Shown: positions 1 through 12,895 of the stretch, piece by piece
Position numbering within the stretch: position 1 is the first letter of the stretch
How the letters are laid out: every line of letters starts with the position of its first letter
Source of the DNA: Bugula neritina
Taxonomy: Eukaryota; Animalia; Bryozoa
Assembly (NCBI GenBank): GCA_964035545.1
Contig: OZ037765.1
Span: forward strand, 5,032,698 to 5,096,697
Length of the DNA: 64,000 nucleotides
Direction: 5' to 3'
Position numbers and translations under genes: made by a program
The notes under the pieces: generated by a model
Told to the model about the DNA's origin: nothing
The model's input: only the letters and a program-made list of their open reading frames with translations
Database searches by the model: none

Positions 1-310
1 CCTATCCAGTTACACATTATTTTGGTTAGAATCGGAATCCTTAGGTTTTAATTAGAAGAAATTGAGAGATCCTTACGATAGTGATTAAGGTTTGTGTATG
101 CATGCATCTCATGTGTATAACCAGCCGGACATCATTATAGAGCACCAACATGTGTGAATTGTTTAGCCGTTAATGAGAAATAATAGTATTTTTTGTTGTT
201 CTACTGTAATTTTTATTTTGTCGACTTGTTGACTTGAAATAGACTTTAAATCTTCATTTAAAATTTTTAATATGTTCTAGAATGTTCATTGTATTTGTTG
301 CTTGTTGAAG

Positions 311-3300
311 AGATGAAAATGCGGGGGATAAGCCACGGCCCCCACCTAAAAAGCTCAACATCAACTGGACTGCTAGAACTCAAGAAAGAGCTGCTGAGCG
401 GGTTGATTCTGAGCCGGTAGGTGCCCATAACTCCTAGTTTTAGTGACTCACTGAGTTATCCCCCTCCCTAAAGACGGTTTCTATGGGTCATTGTAACTCT
501 ATTGCTGTTATTTAAAATATCTTCAGCCACCTACAACTTTTTCATATCATTAGAAAGCTGAGGATTTTAACTAAAACTGTAAAAATAAGCAAAAATAAAC
601 GGCACGTATAATTTAATGATGTGTAATGTATTCATGGGATGCTTTCCTTTTTAAGAAATTTATTTTTCTGATGTACATGTCTTTATAAATTCAGTACTAC
701 TCTAATAGTTTAAAGAAATCTTAGTAAGTCTCCAGCCTTCTAACTGCGTAGTAAGTATTGTTTTAACAACATGTACTTTTGAAATAGTTGTTGATAATAA
801 TTATTGTTCATATTAAATAAATTCCTGTAAACTATCAGATGTATGATAAGGGATGCCTTGGGCAATAGTATTTATAATGAGTCATGCCTTCGTCTCACTG
901 AGATCGTATCTGTACTCACAATTAACTCTGATACGCTAGTAATTTGTAAAAAGAAGGATGCAGGCATTAGTTAAAGCAGCATGTAATGGCAAACCTTGTA
1001 ATTCATTAGTCCCTTTATACCTACTCCTTAACATTAACTTGTTCTTATTATTTCATTGTTTGTAGAGATGTGCTCCCTTAATAGTAGGTGTTTATGGGTT
1101 TACAATTATATATTTAGCATACTGTATGCTTTGTTTGTGTGTTTGAGTACTCTACAGTGATGTGCTGCATTGTATTTTATAACCAGGAATGGGTTAGGCT
1201 GGTCAGAGAGAAGAGGGCTGCTGCAGTATGTGCATATAGTAGGCTGTGTGGGCAATCTGCCAAATTTCACGCTGATTTTAACAAATTGAAATGTTTGTCA
1301 ATCAAGCTGTTCAAAATTACGAAAAGTATCTAAAAATTTAGTTAAACCATTCTGGATGCTGAATTGACAGCAAACTGAGGCTTTGGAATTTTGTTTCATT
1401 TCTTTGTGTATGAGAAAAATCTGCTCTGTTACGATTCTTAGAACTAAATTATTTTGAAAGATATGGTATTTCTGCAGGCCAAAAGTAAATTACTGAATTT
1501 GAGACGAAAAGTAATAAAATATTTCCGAATTTAATTGGAAAATAACTCATATTTGGCCAGTATTTTTGTATAAAGCTATTTTGAACAGATACACGCAGCA
1601 TAGTAAGCTGTAAAAGTCTAAGAAACTAGAACGGCACATTTCAAATCTAAACAAAGAACCCAAAGTTAGCACAAAATGCACATCTCTGTACTTAATAATA
1701 CTAATTTTGAGTTAATATCTCTCAAATACTTTGCTTATAGTACTAACTCACAATTTTTTCATATATCAATAATTGAGTTTTCTACTAGTATAAGCATAAT
1801 TGCCTAATCTTCTAAATGAATGCCAGTGGTATTCAAATTGATAACTCAAATAGCTGATTTGCTCTTTGTGTGATTGCTGATGCTACAATGTAGAATATAT
1901 TCTGAAGCTGATTTTGCAATAGCTGCTAATGAGTTGTGTTTTTCTCTGATTCTTTCAAGGAGTGGGTGAGATTAGTAAGGAAACGTGAAGCAGTAAGTTG
2001 AATGTTACAAGAATCACTAGCAGGTGTCCGGCTAAGGGGCCTTCACGTCGTTTACATGTTACCATCTCACTCTTCCTTTCTGCTTCACTAACACTTCTGC
2101 AGTTGGCTCTGCTTACTGTTCATGTTAATGGTTATTAGTTTTTAAATATTTTATCAAAATGTTGAACAATTGGAAAAATCTTTAAAAAAATTATGTTTGT
2201 ATACTATTTTGATGAAGCTTGAATGTGTGTGCAAAGTTGCGTTTATACCTTCACGATTTTCAGTCAGAAATTCAATTTGGCCAGGTTGAAATTTCTCCGA
2301 GTTGCATTGGATTGTAAAAGCCACTTGTAATTTTTTTGTATTGTGATACCTTAATTGGGCGATTTCAGAATAACACTCAAACGAAGTAATAACTCCTTGT
2401 AAACATCGTTATTTAGTTATGACTTTGGCGATTAGATGACGTACTTATATGTTAATAATTATATTGCCTATGCCTTCTCAGTTATCGCTTATATGCTGTC
2501 AACTTCACTAATTCATGACGTTTACAAAGGGCATCAAATAGCGATTAGGCGAGTCAGATTTCATTTTTAGAAAGTAAACTTCCGCATCAATATGATTTCA
2601 ACGATTTTCAGTTTGACTATAAAGGGGTACCCGGACAAGCGTTATTAATTGAAACTCGGAACTTTTTTCAGTAGAGGTATAAACGCAACTCTAGATAAAA
2701 GCCATAAATCGTAATGTTTGAGTTGCTAAAACCTATTTCATGGATGTTGTAGTTCAAATCTGGTGAGGTGGGAGATGTCAAGTCGAAGTTTGAATCAGGA
2801 GACGTTGGCAAACATGAAAAAAAGTCAGACATTTCTAATAAAATCCCGGAGGTCGCTCAAGGCAAAGCTTTGTCTACCAAAGACCAGTTTGAAAATAGAA
2901 AAGAAAGAGAATATAATTCCACAAAGAATAAAGAGTTGGAGCAGCTGAAACTGGCACGGACTTTGGCCGCTCAAGCGAAGCCACAGGAAGATGAAGACTA
3001 TGTAGATAGTCGAGCCAACGCTGAGAATGACAGATACAGAGAGCTGGAGGAGTTCAAAAAGTCAGCCGCTGCCAGACAGAACCTAAGCAAGTTTGAAAGC
3101 GGATCATTCTCGAATGTGGAGCGAGGTGAAGTCGAGACTCGGAAAGAAGTTGAGTCGGTAGTCAGCAGTGGCAAGGCAGCGAGTACTCTGAAGATATATG
3201 AGAGTGGAGATCACGGGAAGAGAGAATATTCGTCTGCTGCAAAAGAAGAGTTGGGAGCCATTAAATCAGATACCAGCAGTAAGAAGAGCATCTATGAAGG

Positions 3301-6300
3301 GGGTCTCACTCAGAGAGAGTATGAGTCAGAAGCTAAGAAGGAGCTGGAAACGATTGCTGCCGTAGCCTCTAGCGGGACAAGAGATAAGTTTGAATCGGGA
3401 GAGCTGATTAGTCAAGGAAGTGAGAATAATGAGAGGAGTGAGGAGTTGCAGCAGGTTCGGTTGGTTAGCGGCGCAGGCGATAAGAAAACTCAGTTCGAAT
3501 CCGGGGAATTGATTCGAACTGAGTTTGACTCTGATGTGAGGAAAGAAATAGAAACGATAAAAACGGACACTTCAGATTTCAAAACAAAGTATGAGCGGGG
3601 AGATTACATTCGCACTGATTTTGATTCTGAAGCTAAGAAAGAGTTGGAGTGTATGTCAACAGGTGCCATGGAGAAGAAGAATAAGTATGAAAGTGGAGAT
3701 TTGGAGCAACGGCAATATGACTCAGTGGTGGGTAATCTACAGCAGAAAATAAAGTTAATAAGGTTTCAGTATTTTATGTTATTGTTGTTAAGAATCTAGA
3801 AGTCCACGTGGTGTAATGGTTAGCGCGCCTGCTTGCAAACCGGAGGTCTCGAGTTCGAATCCCAGTTTTAAAGTTATATTTCTACACCTTTCATAGATTA
3901 TATTCTGCTTATCCAGAAAATGTTTTTAGTTTGTCTAGTAATTTTATAAACTGGCTTCGAAATGCATTTATACTTTCATGATTTTCAATCAAATTTTGTC
4001 CCAAGTTGAAATTACTGAAACTTGGCATTTTTAAGTGAATGTATCACATTGATAAATCATTCCTCAAAGTTCAGTGCTTATTTTAAAACCTAGCTGACTA
4101 ACACACATCAAGATTTATGCAGCTGCCTGTTGTTTATGCAACTCTTATTACTACTAAAAGCATATAGAAATGCAGATATGCTGTTTAGGCTAGACAAGAA
4201 GCAGAAGAAGTAAAGAGGTTAGCAGCCTCTGCTAGTATCAAAAACAAGTACAATGAAGCCGTGCAGGAAGGAAACAAGGTAGTCACATCTAAGCCTGTCA
4301 CTATTGAAAAAGCTCCCCCTGGTGAAGATCCATTTCTCAATAGATCAGATGACGAAGACTTCAAAGTCACGGTGAGAATGCATGCAGCACGTCAAGTGGT
4401 GTGGTGACACGCTTTTTTTAATCTATCTTGAGTTTTCTCACCTTTATTTATTTCACCTGTGCATGCAAGTGAAGTTACAAAACATAATTTGCTATGAAAG
4501 ATGACGTAGGCTTACTATAATTATATCTACACAGGAGTTGAAAGCAAATGCTCTTATTTTGTTGGAGAAGTTTGAGTTCAGTTAAGTTAATAATTTATCT
4601 TTTACCTTCACCATAGCGGTAACTATTTTGTTTTTTCTCAACTTCAATAGACATTCTGCCTTTTAAACTTGGAACGAAAGCAAAGTTATAAAACTGTTAT
4701 ATGAGATTGTTTTTCTTTTATTCTTCCTAACAGAAATTACTTGAATCTAAATATGTTGAGTTTCGTAATGGCGTCTGTTGTGTTTGTAAGATGTTAAATA
4801 GTTTTCATGATGCAGTTGCCTTAATGATGCAACTCTAACATATTTAGCAATATGCTAATAGGAGAGTTGTTTACTAGCAGCTTTCAAATTTATTGTACTG
4901 TACTCTGCTAATTGGCAACTTCTTTGAGGAGAAGGGTTTCCTTGATCAAATTGCTAAGCAGAAAATATCCAGTAAAGTGGTTGCATTTTGGGAGTTATCT
5001 TTCCAATTAATTATGCATAGTCTCTTAGAGCTACTTACAATTTTATTTCAATTTTTATATCAGATGTTTTAATTACCTGCCTTGATTTAATATTTTGCTT
5101 GAAATTTGGCATTTACTTGTGAAGTACAGAATTGAGTAGCTAGCAAATGCATGCATGTTCCATAATGCTCGCTTGGGCATGTGTAAATAAGCACCATTTA
5201 TACCAATGTTGTTGCATTCTTTCCTTTCCTATACTAGTTAGTTGATTGAGAGTTTCGGTGCCCATCTTAACTTATTTTTAGTTTAGTAGTAACACGTGTG
5301 GCATAATATTCTAGCCAACTATATAAAGTTAACTCTGAATTAAAATAGATAATGCTGGCACATACAGTCACGCATATACAAAATGTTATTAACCTTACCA
5401 TTAAAACTTAACTGTGGGAAATTAGTATTTTACACTGCTGTATCATAATTCTAAAGAATAAGGAGAGTTTTTAAAGAACCTTTTGCAGTTATTTAGATCT
5501 TCATGAAATTTTTTTAGTTTTATTCAAGGTTAACTTTATATAACAAAATCTCTTTTCAGATCTAATTAGCAGACCCATTTTTCTGCAGCTCAAAAGTAGA
5601 CAACTCTTGATAATTTCCAAAAATTGCCCATTGATATGACGTATACTAGGCACTGACAGCATGACATTACAAGCACTCAGTTCTTTTCCTGTTTGCTGTT
5701 TGTTAGTTTTGTGCATGTTTGTATGCTTTTACCTGCATTGTTTTCCTAGAGTGAGGATTTAGAGAATGGTGAGAGTGACCCCCAGGCTGACCCTAGTAGC
5801 TCTGATGATGAGGTACTGTTGCCGTAGTAACACTCTACTATATTCTAATAACTCTCTATTATATTAGGCTTCTCCCCGTGCCAGCCTTGTTTTAAACATT
5901 TTTACAGTGACTTATATATGAACATCTTTTTCAAAGTTCATAATAAATAAGTCATGCTTTTGCTGAAATTTCAACCCCCCCCCTCCCCCACAAATTGAAA
6001 TAAACTAATGGACATGGCTAGTGAGATCTCCCACTATAGAAGCTGATTTGTATTAACAGTTAAATTATTGTAACTAGAAGTATTTGATATTGTTAATTAC
6101 TACTAAATTGGCTTTATTACACTGTGCTTACTTTTATTATGGAAAGTCTTATATTTAAAATAATTTCCCCCCTCTTGCTTATATCTGCATCCAATATTTA
6201 CTTTGTTGCTTGGGAGTTGTGTTCTTCTGTTTTACTTGACCACGGAGAGTATAACTACAAACTACACACACAACTGATGTTTTACCATACAAGACTATAA

Positions 6301-9300
6301 TATGCATGTACACATCTATCTGTATATAATGACACACGCATGATGAGAAGGTGGAAATAACTAGAAATCATGCACTTATATGTGACTTAGATTTGGTTTG
6401 TTGCTTTAGAAATTTTGCTGCTAATTTTATGCATATGAAAATGTATGATTTATGCAGTACGTGGCTCCCGTGGAACCAAAGAAAATGGTGAATATTGAAG
6501 AGAGGTTTAAAAAGCCGGAGGTGGAGAAACAAGCCCCAACTGTTAACAAGTTGACAATACCGAGTTTTGAAAAGGAGGCAGATAGCGACGAGGTGAGCAA
6601 TGAGCAAACATAAGAGATCAATGTTTTGTAACTTATTCAGTGTAGAGCTCAAGACCATGTATTCTATTGCCAAGAGTTGTCATCTATTTTTAAATTTGGT
6701 TCAAATTTTAAACAGTTCCTAAATACTCTCTCATCTACAGCAGCTCATCAGTGGAATTTGTATCAGTATAATATAAATAAACAGTGGCAGGCCATTGTGA
6801 ACCGTAGGTTGTTTATGTATGTGGTGTGTTATGGTTATAGCCCTAGCATATGTAACAGCAGGTAGCATCGACTGTATCAGTCAGTGTAGAAAGTTTACCT
6901 GCCAGCTGTAGCAGTATTAACTTTACACCCAGTGGGGTTAGTCATAGGAGAGGAAGTTGAAGTTTATGTTCAAGTTCCATTTGTTTTGTGTGGCAGTAAG
7001 TGTTGAGAAATGTTAATAGCTTTAAAATAGGCTAATGGAATGAAATCGTATATAGCTTATAATTGCTGGGTAAATAGCTGGTTATGTCTGTACAGTGATG
7101 CCTTGCAATTTTAAATGTTTTTCTTTAAACTTATCGGAATTTAATTGACTTCCTGAACGTTGATACCAACAAATGTATTAAAAGGTTTTTCTGAAATGTC
7201 AGGTTAAAATACCATATAGCTACAGATATTGAACTATTTTGGTTTGGTATTAGTTGACATTTCATATAGTTACAGTACGTCATATTATATCTGCTAGCCC
7301 TTGTTAATGTTGAAGATATAGGCTCCATTTCAATGGCATCTGTGTTTAAATGTTATTCTCTTGTTCTGTTGGGTTGGAAGATGATATTGTAGCCTACAAT
7401 AAGACTGTAGTTGTAGGAATAATGTAATAGTTTTCACTATATATACACACGTGAGGTTATTCATCAATATTCTATAATAATAAGAAAATGTATAATTTAT
7501 TAGCTATTAAATGGATAACATGAGATGAATAATATGACATCCTTCACAGCTGACTCAAATGCCTGGCTATTTAGCCTTAGTGCATAGCTGTCACTGCTGA
7601 GACTCTCATTGCACTCTTCCAACTAGTCCTACATCCTTGGACCACTGCTACGTATTATTCAACCTACTATTCCAACTAGAAGCATCCTTTGACAGAGTAT
7701 TGTGTCAACACCAACTGTTGTGTAAATAAATAGACAGTGATATCAGTTGCTGCTATTATTTCATGTGAAGTCACCGGTAGGCATTAGCATTTAGCTTCAT
7801 GTGGCCAAAGAAAATTCCAGCAAACTCCAGGGGTTTGGGAACGTGCAGCAGTATGTGTTAGATCCACTCCTAACTTCAGCAGAAGCTGAGTATTTTTATT
7901 TTTCGAGCTTGTAAAGTTTTTCTGCAAAGTTTTGATTTAAAACTGAAATTGACTTTTAAATAAAAATTAAAAAACATTATTGATTTTCTGATACTTCTTA
8001 ATACCAACACAGGGGCGTGCTTTAATACTAACACAGGGCTGTGTTGTTATACTAACATAAGGGTGCGCTTTAATACTAAAACAGGGGTGTGGTGTAATGC
8101 TAAAACAGGGGTTTGGTGTAATGCTAAAACAGGGGTGTGGTGTAATGCTAAAGCAGGGGTGTGGTGTAATGCTAAAACAGGGGTTTGGTGTAATGCTAAA
8201 ACAGGGGTTTGCTGTTGTATTTCCAGGAACTAAATGGAGATGTTCCTACTGAAGAAGAAGCCAACAAACTGAAGGAGCAGATGTGGCCAAAGAACACGGC
8301 CAATATAAAGTCCAAGTTTGAAAACTATGAGCAAAATACTGATGGGCCCAAAGACACCCCCCAACTCATCGACTTGCAGGCTGAGATTAGTGGTAGGCTA
8401 AGTTACTCATTTTCTGCAGCCTCTTCAGAAATTCAAGTTTTTACATCAATTTTTAGTCTTATTGGAGGTTTTATCAACCAATGGAGTGCAAGTGCTGCAT
8501 GCTGTGTTATGAAGCATTCATACTGGAGCTAAGGAATCTGTGATGTTAAAATATACATATGCTGTTTTCTCAAGTATAAAACGCAGCTGCAGTTCACAAA
8601 AAGCATAGCATAAACAATATTTCATGCTTTGCAATAATACTATTTTCCAGCAAGCAACTTAAATGCTACTCAGCATGGCAAGATGCTAATTATATTACAC
8701 AGGCATACTTTCATGTATATAACCAGCAGCAATCTTTTCCTATAACTCACTGTATACCCTCAACCAATACAATTCAATCATTGGGTAGCATTCACAAATT
8801 TCCCTTGGGATGCTTTATATAGCTCAATTACCAGTAAATGCATTAGCTTGCCATTACAGTATGAGAAGTGTAAATACACAAATGTGTAAACTGTAAATGT
8901 TGTTTTATTTAATTAATATAATTAAATTTGTGCCGTGATTATTTAGATACAGAGTGGGACTTGTGTGATGACACCAGGTAACTGCAGCTCTCCCATGTCA
9001 CTGTAGCACTTCTTTCAATGCCCCTATGGAGCATTCACTGAGGAATATACATACATTAGTAGCACTAAAATAATGTGGTCCTCAAGTAAAATATACTCAG
9101 AAGTTGTCTTCTCATTCTAAAAAGTCGTATTTATAGCAACTGTTACCACTGTATGTATATTTTTCAGCTTTCTTCTAACCTTTCAATACTTTGTAGTCGA
9201 TAGCAAAGTTATTAATACTCTAAAACCTGTGTACAATTTAAAGTTTGGAGAACGCCATAGAAATTTGGTTTATCTTTTGTAATTCAATTAGTGATTTAAT

Positions 9301-12300
9301 GGTGGAGTTAGGATTTCCTCTCGTAATCTAATGTAGAATTATGTTTTATGTACTTAGGCTAAGCCAGGCTAACTGGTGAATTCCTGATGGAGGCATCAGA
9401 TAGAAGGAAAACTCTTTACATATCTGTGTATTCACTCATTGGTGGTAGTCATTCTGTCACGCAGAGATGTTTTTTCCTTATTGAATTTTCCAAATTAGAC
9501 TAAGTTCTAGCTGCTAGCTTTGGGCGAAGGGTGCTGGCTCTGCTTTTCTAGATAACCATAGACCTGAGGCTAACATTGACTATGTTCTCTCACGTATATT
9601 ATCAATCATATTGGGTCACAAATCATACTTTATAGCTTTGCTACATTCTCATCACGATTTTATTTCAACTCCTACAGCTGTTGACATATTATGTTTTAAT
9701 TTTATGATCACTTAAGTCATGCACTACTGCAAATCGTGATGTAACTTGTATTATAACGTATTGTATTATCAGTATATACCCTTACAGCATACAGGCCTCT
9801 TTGTTCATGTGTCTAATTTCTTGGCTACTGTTGAGCCACATTCACACCTCAGTATGGCAGCTTTTCAAGGGCTGCCATCTGTGGACCAGGAGTTTAGTGT
9901 AGGTTTTACTGCTGGTATATGACTCTAGGTGCGAAGGGTACCGAGACTAACCCTATCTAGTAGGTGATCTACATCTTGGGAACACATGGCTATATATTCT
10001 CTATATTAGCTCTACTTTACTAAACATAAGTGATTCAAGGGATATAACCTTCAAGCTGACCAAATATTTACCTGACAGTCGCTGACACATGCTATAAATA
10101 TGCTGCCTGCATATCAAAGTGATGCCTCTGCTGCCTGTCTATACTTGCACTGAGAGTGGCAGCAGTCCTCCACGTGATAACAATAGAGAGCGATAAAAGC
10201 TGTCACTCAACAGCATTTTGGGAGATTTTCACCATCCTTAGTTACTTTAATTTTTTAACCCCCTTTCAAACTGTCCTTTAACATTACTCTAATTCTGTCA
10301 GCACCTTTCTATACAGACTGAGTAATGTTTGTATAGAGATGTGAGACTAGCGAGATATTAAATGGTACAGAAATATGAGCATAGAATGTGTACTGACTGT
10401 GCTACAGTAACATACACACAGCTGGCTAGCATGTCTCCATCAACTGACATGTAGAGGGATGAGAAATCAACCTTAATAAGCTCTAGAAATGCTAAAATAT
10501 GTCAGCCTTTCCAACTACTCAATCTTGGCCAAATTATGGGCACTTATGTTTCTAGATGAACCTTTGGGAGCAAGCAGCTGACGCTGCCTTAACAGGCAGC
10601 GTGGAGTAGAGTCTGCTGCTTGCTGGGTTTGTCATTGTCTCTTCTGTATAATTAGGCATGACTGATGGGAATTGTAAATTAGCCCTTTATTTACAATGCG
10701 TAACATCATTCCATAAATTAGTGTACATTTCATATATCTTACATGTAAATAAATTATGCAATGTATAATATACACTGAGTAATGGTAGTCAATACATTAA
10801 ATTAATATGGTAATTGCATTAGCTAATGTTTATGTGTATAAAACGTGCTGCAGGGAGTCAATAATTTGTGTCAAGATCCAGATTTGCTTGCTCCAAGCAT
10901 TGACCTGCGGTGAACATTAGTAACGCAGATATTACATCATGTATTTACTTTATTCTATACCTGGGGCACACAACACACCCTAGACATTATAGATTTAAGG
11001 CCACGAGCAGCTATAACAATACATGCAGGTTGCAGTTCTGCAAGCAATGAAATCATAAAGTTTTATGGTCTTGATTATGCTGGTCTAACTTATGTTTTGG
11101 TTTAATTAAACCCAGCAGTTTGTACTGGTTATCAGTGCTCGGCACAATGTGGTGCTGCCGCTGTGCGCTGCCGGGTGTTGAAACAATACCCCACTTTGTC
11201 CTCCCCTATCAGCTAGAGCAACACATGCTCATGTGTGTAGTGTAAGCATACTGTCTGGCCCTATTACTACTCCCTAGTACTATAAGATAAACTCGCTATT
11301 GGCATTTTATTTTCTTCATCGTAAAAAGTTATGTAGACAAATGCACAGGGTTGTATAATTGTATAATTACAGGAGTTTCATATTTCTTTTGGGTTTGTTG
11401 ATATGATTATGAGCTTTATTAAATTAAGTGAAGTTCACATCCCTTTAGTTTCTCAGTTACTAAAACCCGGATAGTGAAGTAGCAGTACACAAGTGATTTC
11501 CAACCTAGACTAGTATTAATAATAATAATACAGCTAAATTGTTTTATACTGCAAGAAATACACATTAGTGATTAGAATGAAAACATATAACTGTATCAAA
11601 CAGTAGTGAACTCACAATAAACTGGGTGTTGGATTTCTAAATACTGACTGATAAACTCTCTTAGGATGGCATTTATGGCTGCATGCAACAGATTGTGTAG
11701 ACTGAGTTATTACCGCTAGATGGTTGGTAGGCTGTGGAATGCCCCAAACCTGGTATTGCATTAACTTAAAGGCCTATTAATGAGATAATTTGTTTAGAAA
11801 CAATGATGTTTGTCTGTTATAAATCATTACTATACTACAGGCACAATAAGTGTCTGCTTTTATAGACAGGAGTAGCAATGAAATGCTTTAAGTCTGGGGA
11901 GTTTTTTTACACTAACTTGCAAAGAACGTTTTTAAATTTTGGATCACTATGGATTATGAATCTCTATATTATTGGTGAAATACATTTAGGATAGGTTATA
12001 CTGTTAGCTATTTTATAAAAAGTATTCCTGTGACAGCAGTAGGAGGGCATCAGTCCTATTCTGGGAGGTTAGCATATGTGAACTTTGCCCTGCTGCCTCT
12101 CTAGTTTATTATCATAGTATGTAGCAGTCTATAATTAGCTGGTCACAGTGGCATCTACCCAGTGACATAACCACTTGTTTAGATTGCTATTAAAAATACC
12201 TCTGTTTCAGCCAAACACCATTAAACAATACTTTGCTGTCCATCAGTCAGCTGCTAGAGCTGTTGGAATTCATGAGTTATTGTGCCAACATCTACCCCTT

Positions 12301-12895
12301 CTGTTCACATATCTGTAAAATAGTTTAAGTTCTATCAACTTTTTGTTGAATATGACAGCGTCTACACACTACATTACGTGCAATAGTTGATGAGCTTTCG
12401 TAGCGCAAGTTTTTCCAATTTCTATATGATTCTAGGTTTGAGGCTACAGTTGGTGTACTTTTCATGTGAAAAATTTCTTTTCCCAGGATTTTTCTAGGAA
12501 GCAAGCTAGGAATATATAACTTGTATGATAAAGTAGCCACACCTACAAATCCATACTATTTTCGTACAATTAGTCATGTAAAGCTGTTTCTGTTATTTTA
12601 TGTTGTGTCGTTAATTTTAAATCAGAGTCTAGTATGAACATTTATTTAATCAATACTAACTGAGAAATTTTCCTCCCTAACTTCTCTATGTAAATGTTTT
12701 GTTATGAAAGGTCTCCCCAGTTAATATAGTTTATAATTACCTGTAATTAGTGTAATGTTTATATAATACGTTGCCTATTTTCCAGCATATAAAGAACACA
12801 TGAAGGAGTATCGTATGAAACGGCCCAAACCAAGCAAAAGAAAGAACTCGGCAGCCAGCGAAACATCAGTTAAATCTGCCACAGAACTTTCATAG
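311..12895 (+). CDS. 5'-partial spliced gene for a charged repeat protein, probably EPLIN/LIMA1/XIRP-like actin-binding protein
   Basis: In-phase GT-AG exons: 311-416 (DENAGDKPRPPPKKLNINW..., resembles the LIMA1 KKLRIAWPP motif), 2753-3727 (about 9 repeats of K-x-[FY]E-S-G...Y-x-S-x-A-K-x-E-L), 4189-4371, 5750-5812, 6458-6592, 8227-8392 (NIKSKFE) and terminal exon 12786-12895 (TAG). AATAAA at 13582. No LIM domain is in the window, so the family call is inference. Confidence 0.75.
3802..3865 (+). mobile_element. tRNA-derived SINE head / tRNA pseudogene
   Basis: A box TGGTGTAATGG, B box GTTCGAATCC and a TTGCAAA loop are present, but there is no 3' acceptor stem. A related decayed copy lies on the minus strand near 55860-55910. 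Confidence 0.6.
8005..8210. repeat. 23-bp minisatellite
   Basis: Unit TGTAATGCTAAAACAGGGGT(G/T)TGG, about 5-6 good plus 3 degenerate copies, ending just before the 8227 acceptor. Confidence 0.9.

Noticed and set aside
3728-3799. Hydrophobic C-terminus of ORF 2768-3799 as a membrane anchor
   Set aside because: It is read-through into the intron; the repeat continues in exon 4189-4371.
3802-3865. Possible tRNA-Cys(GCA) gene
   Set aside because: No 3' acceptor-stem partner and a poorly paired anticodon stem; better explained as a SINE head.
8005-8210. CRISPR-like array
   Set aside because: Contiguous 23-bp tandem units without unique spacers, in a eukaryotic intron.
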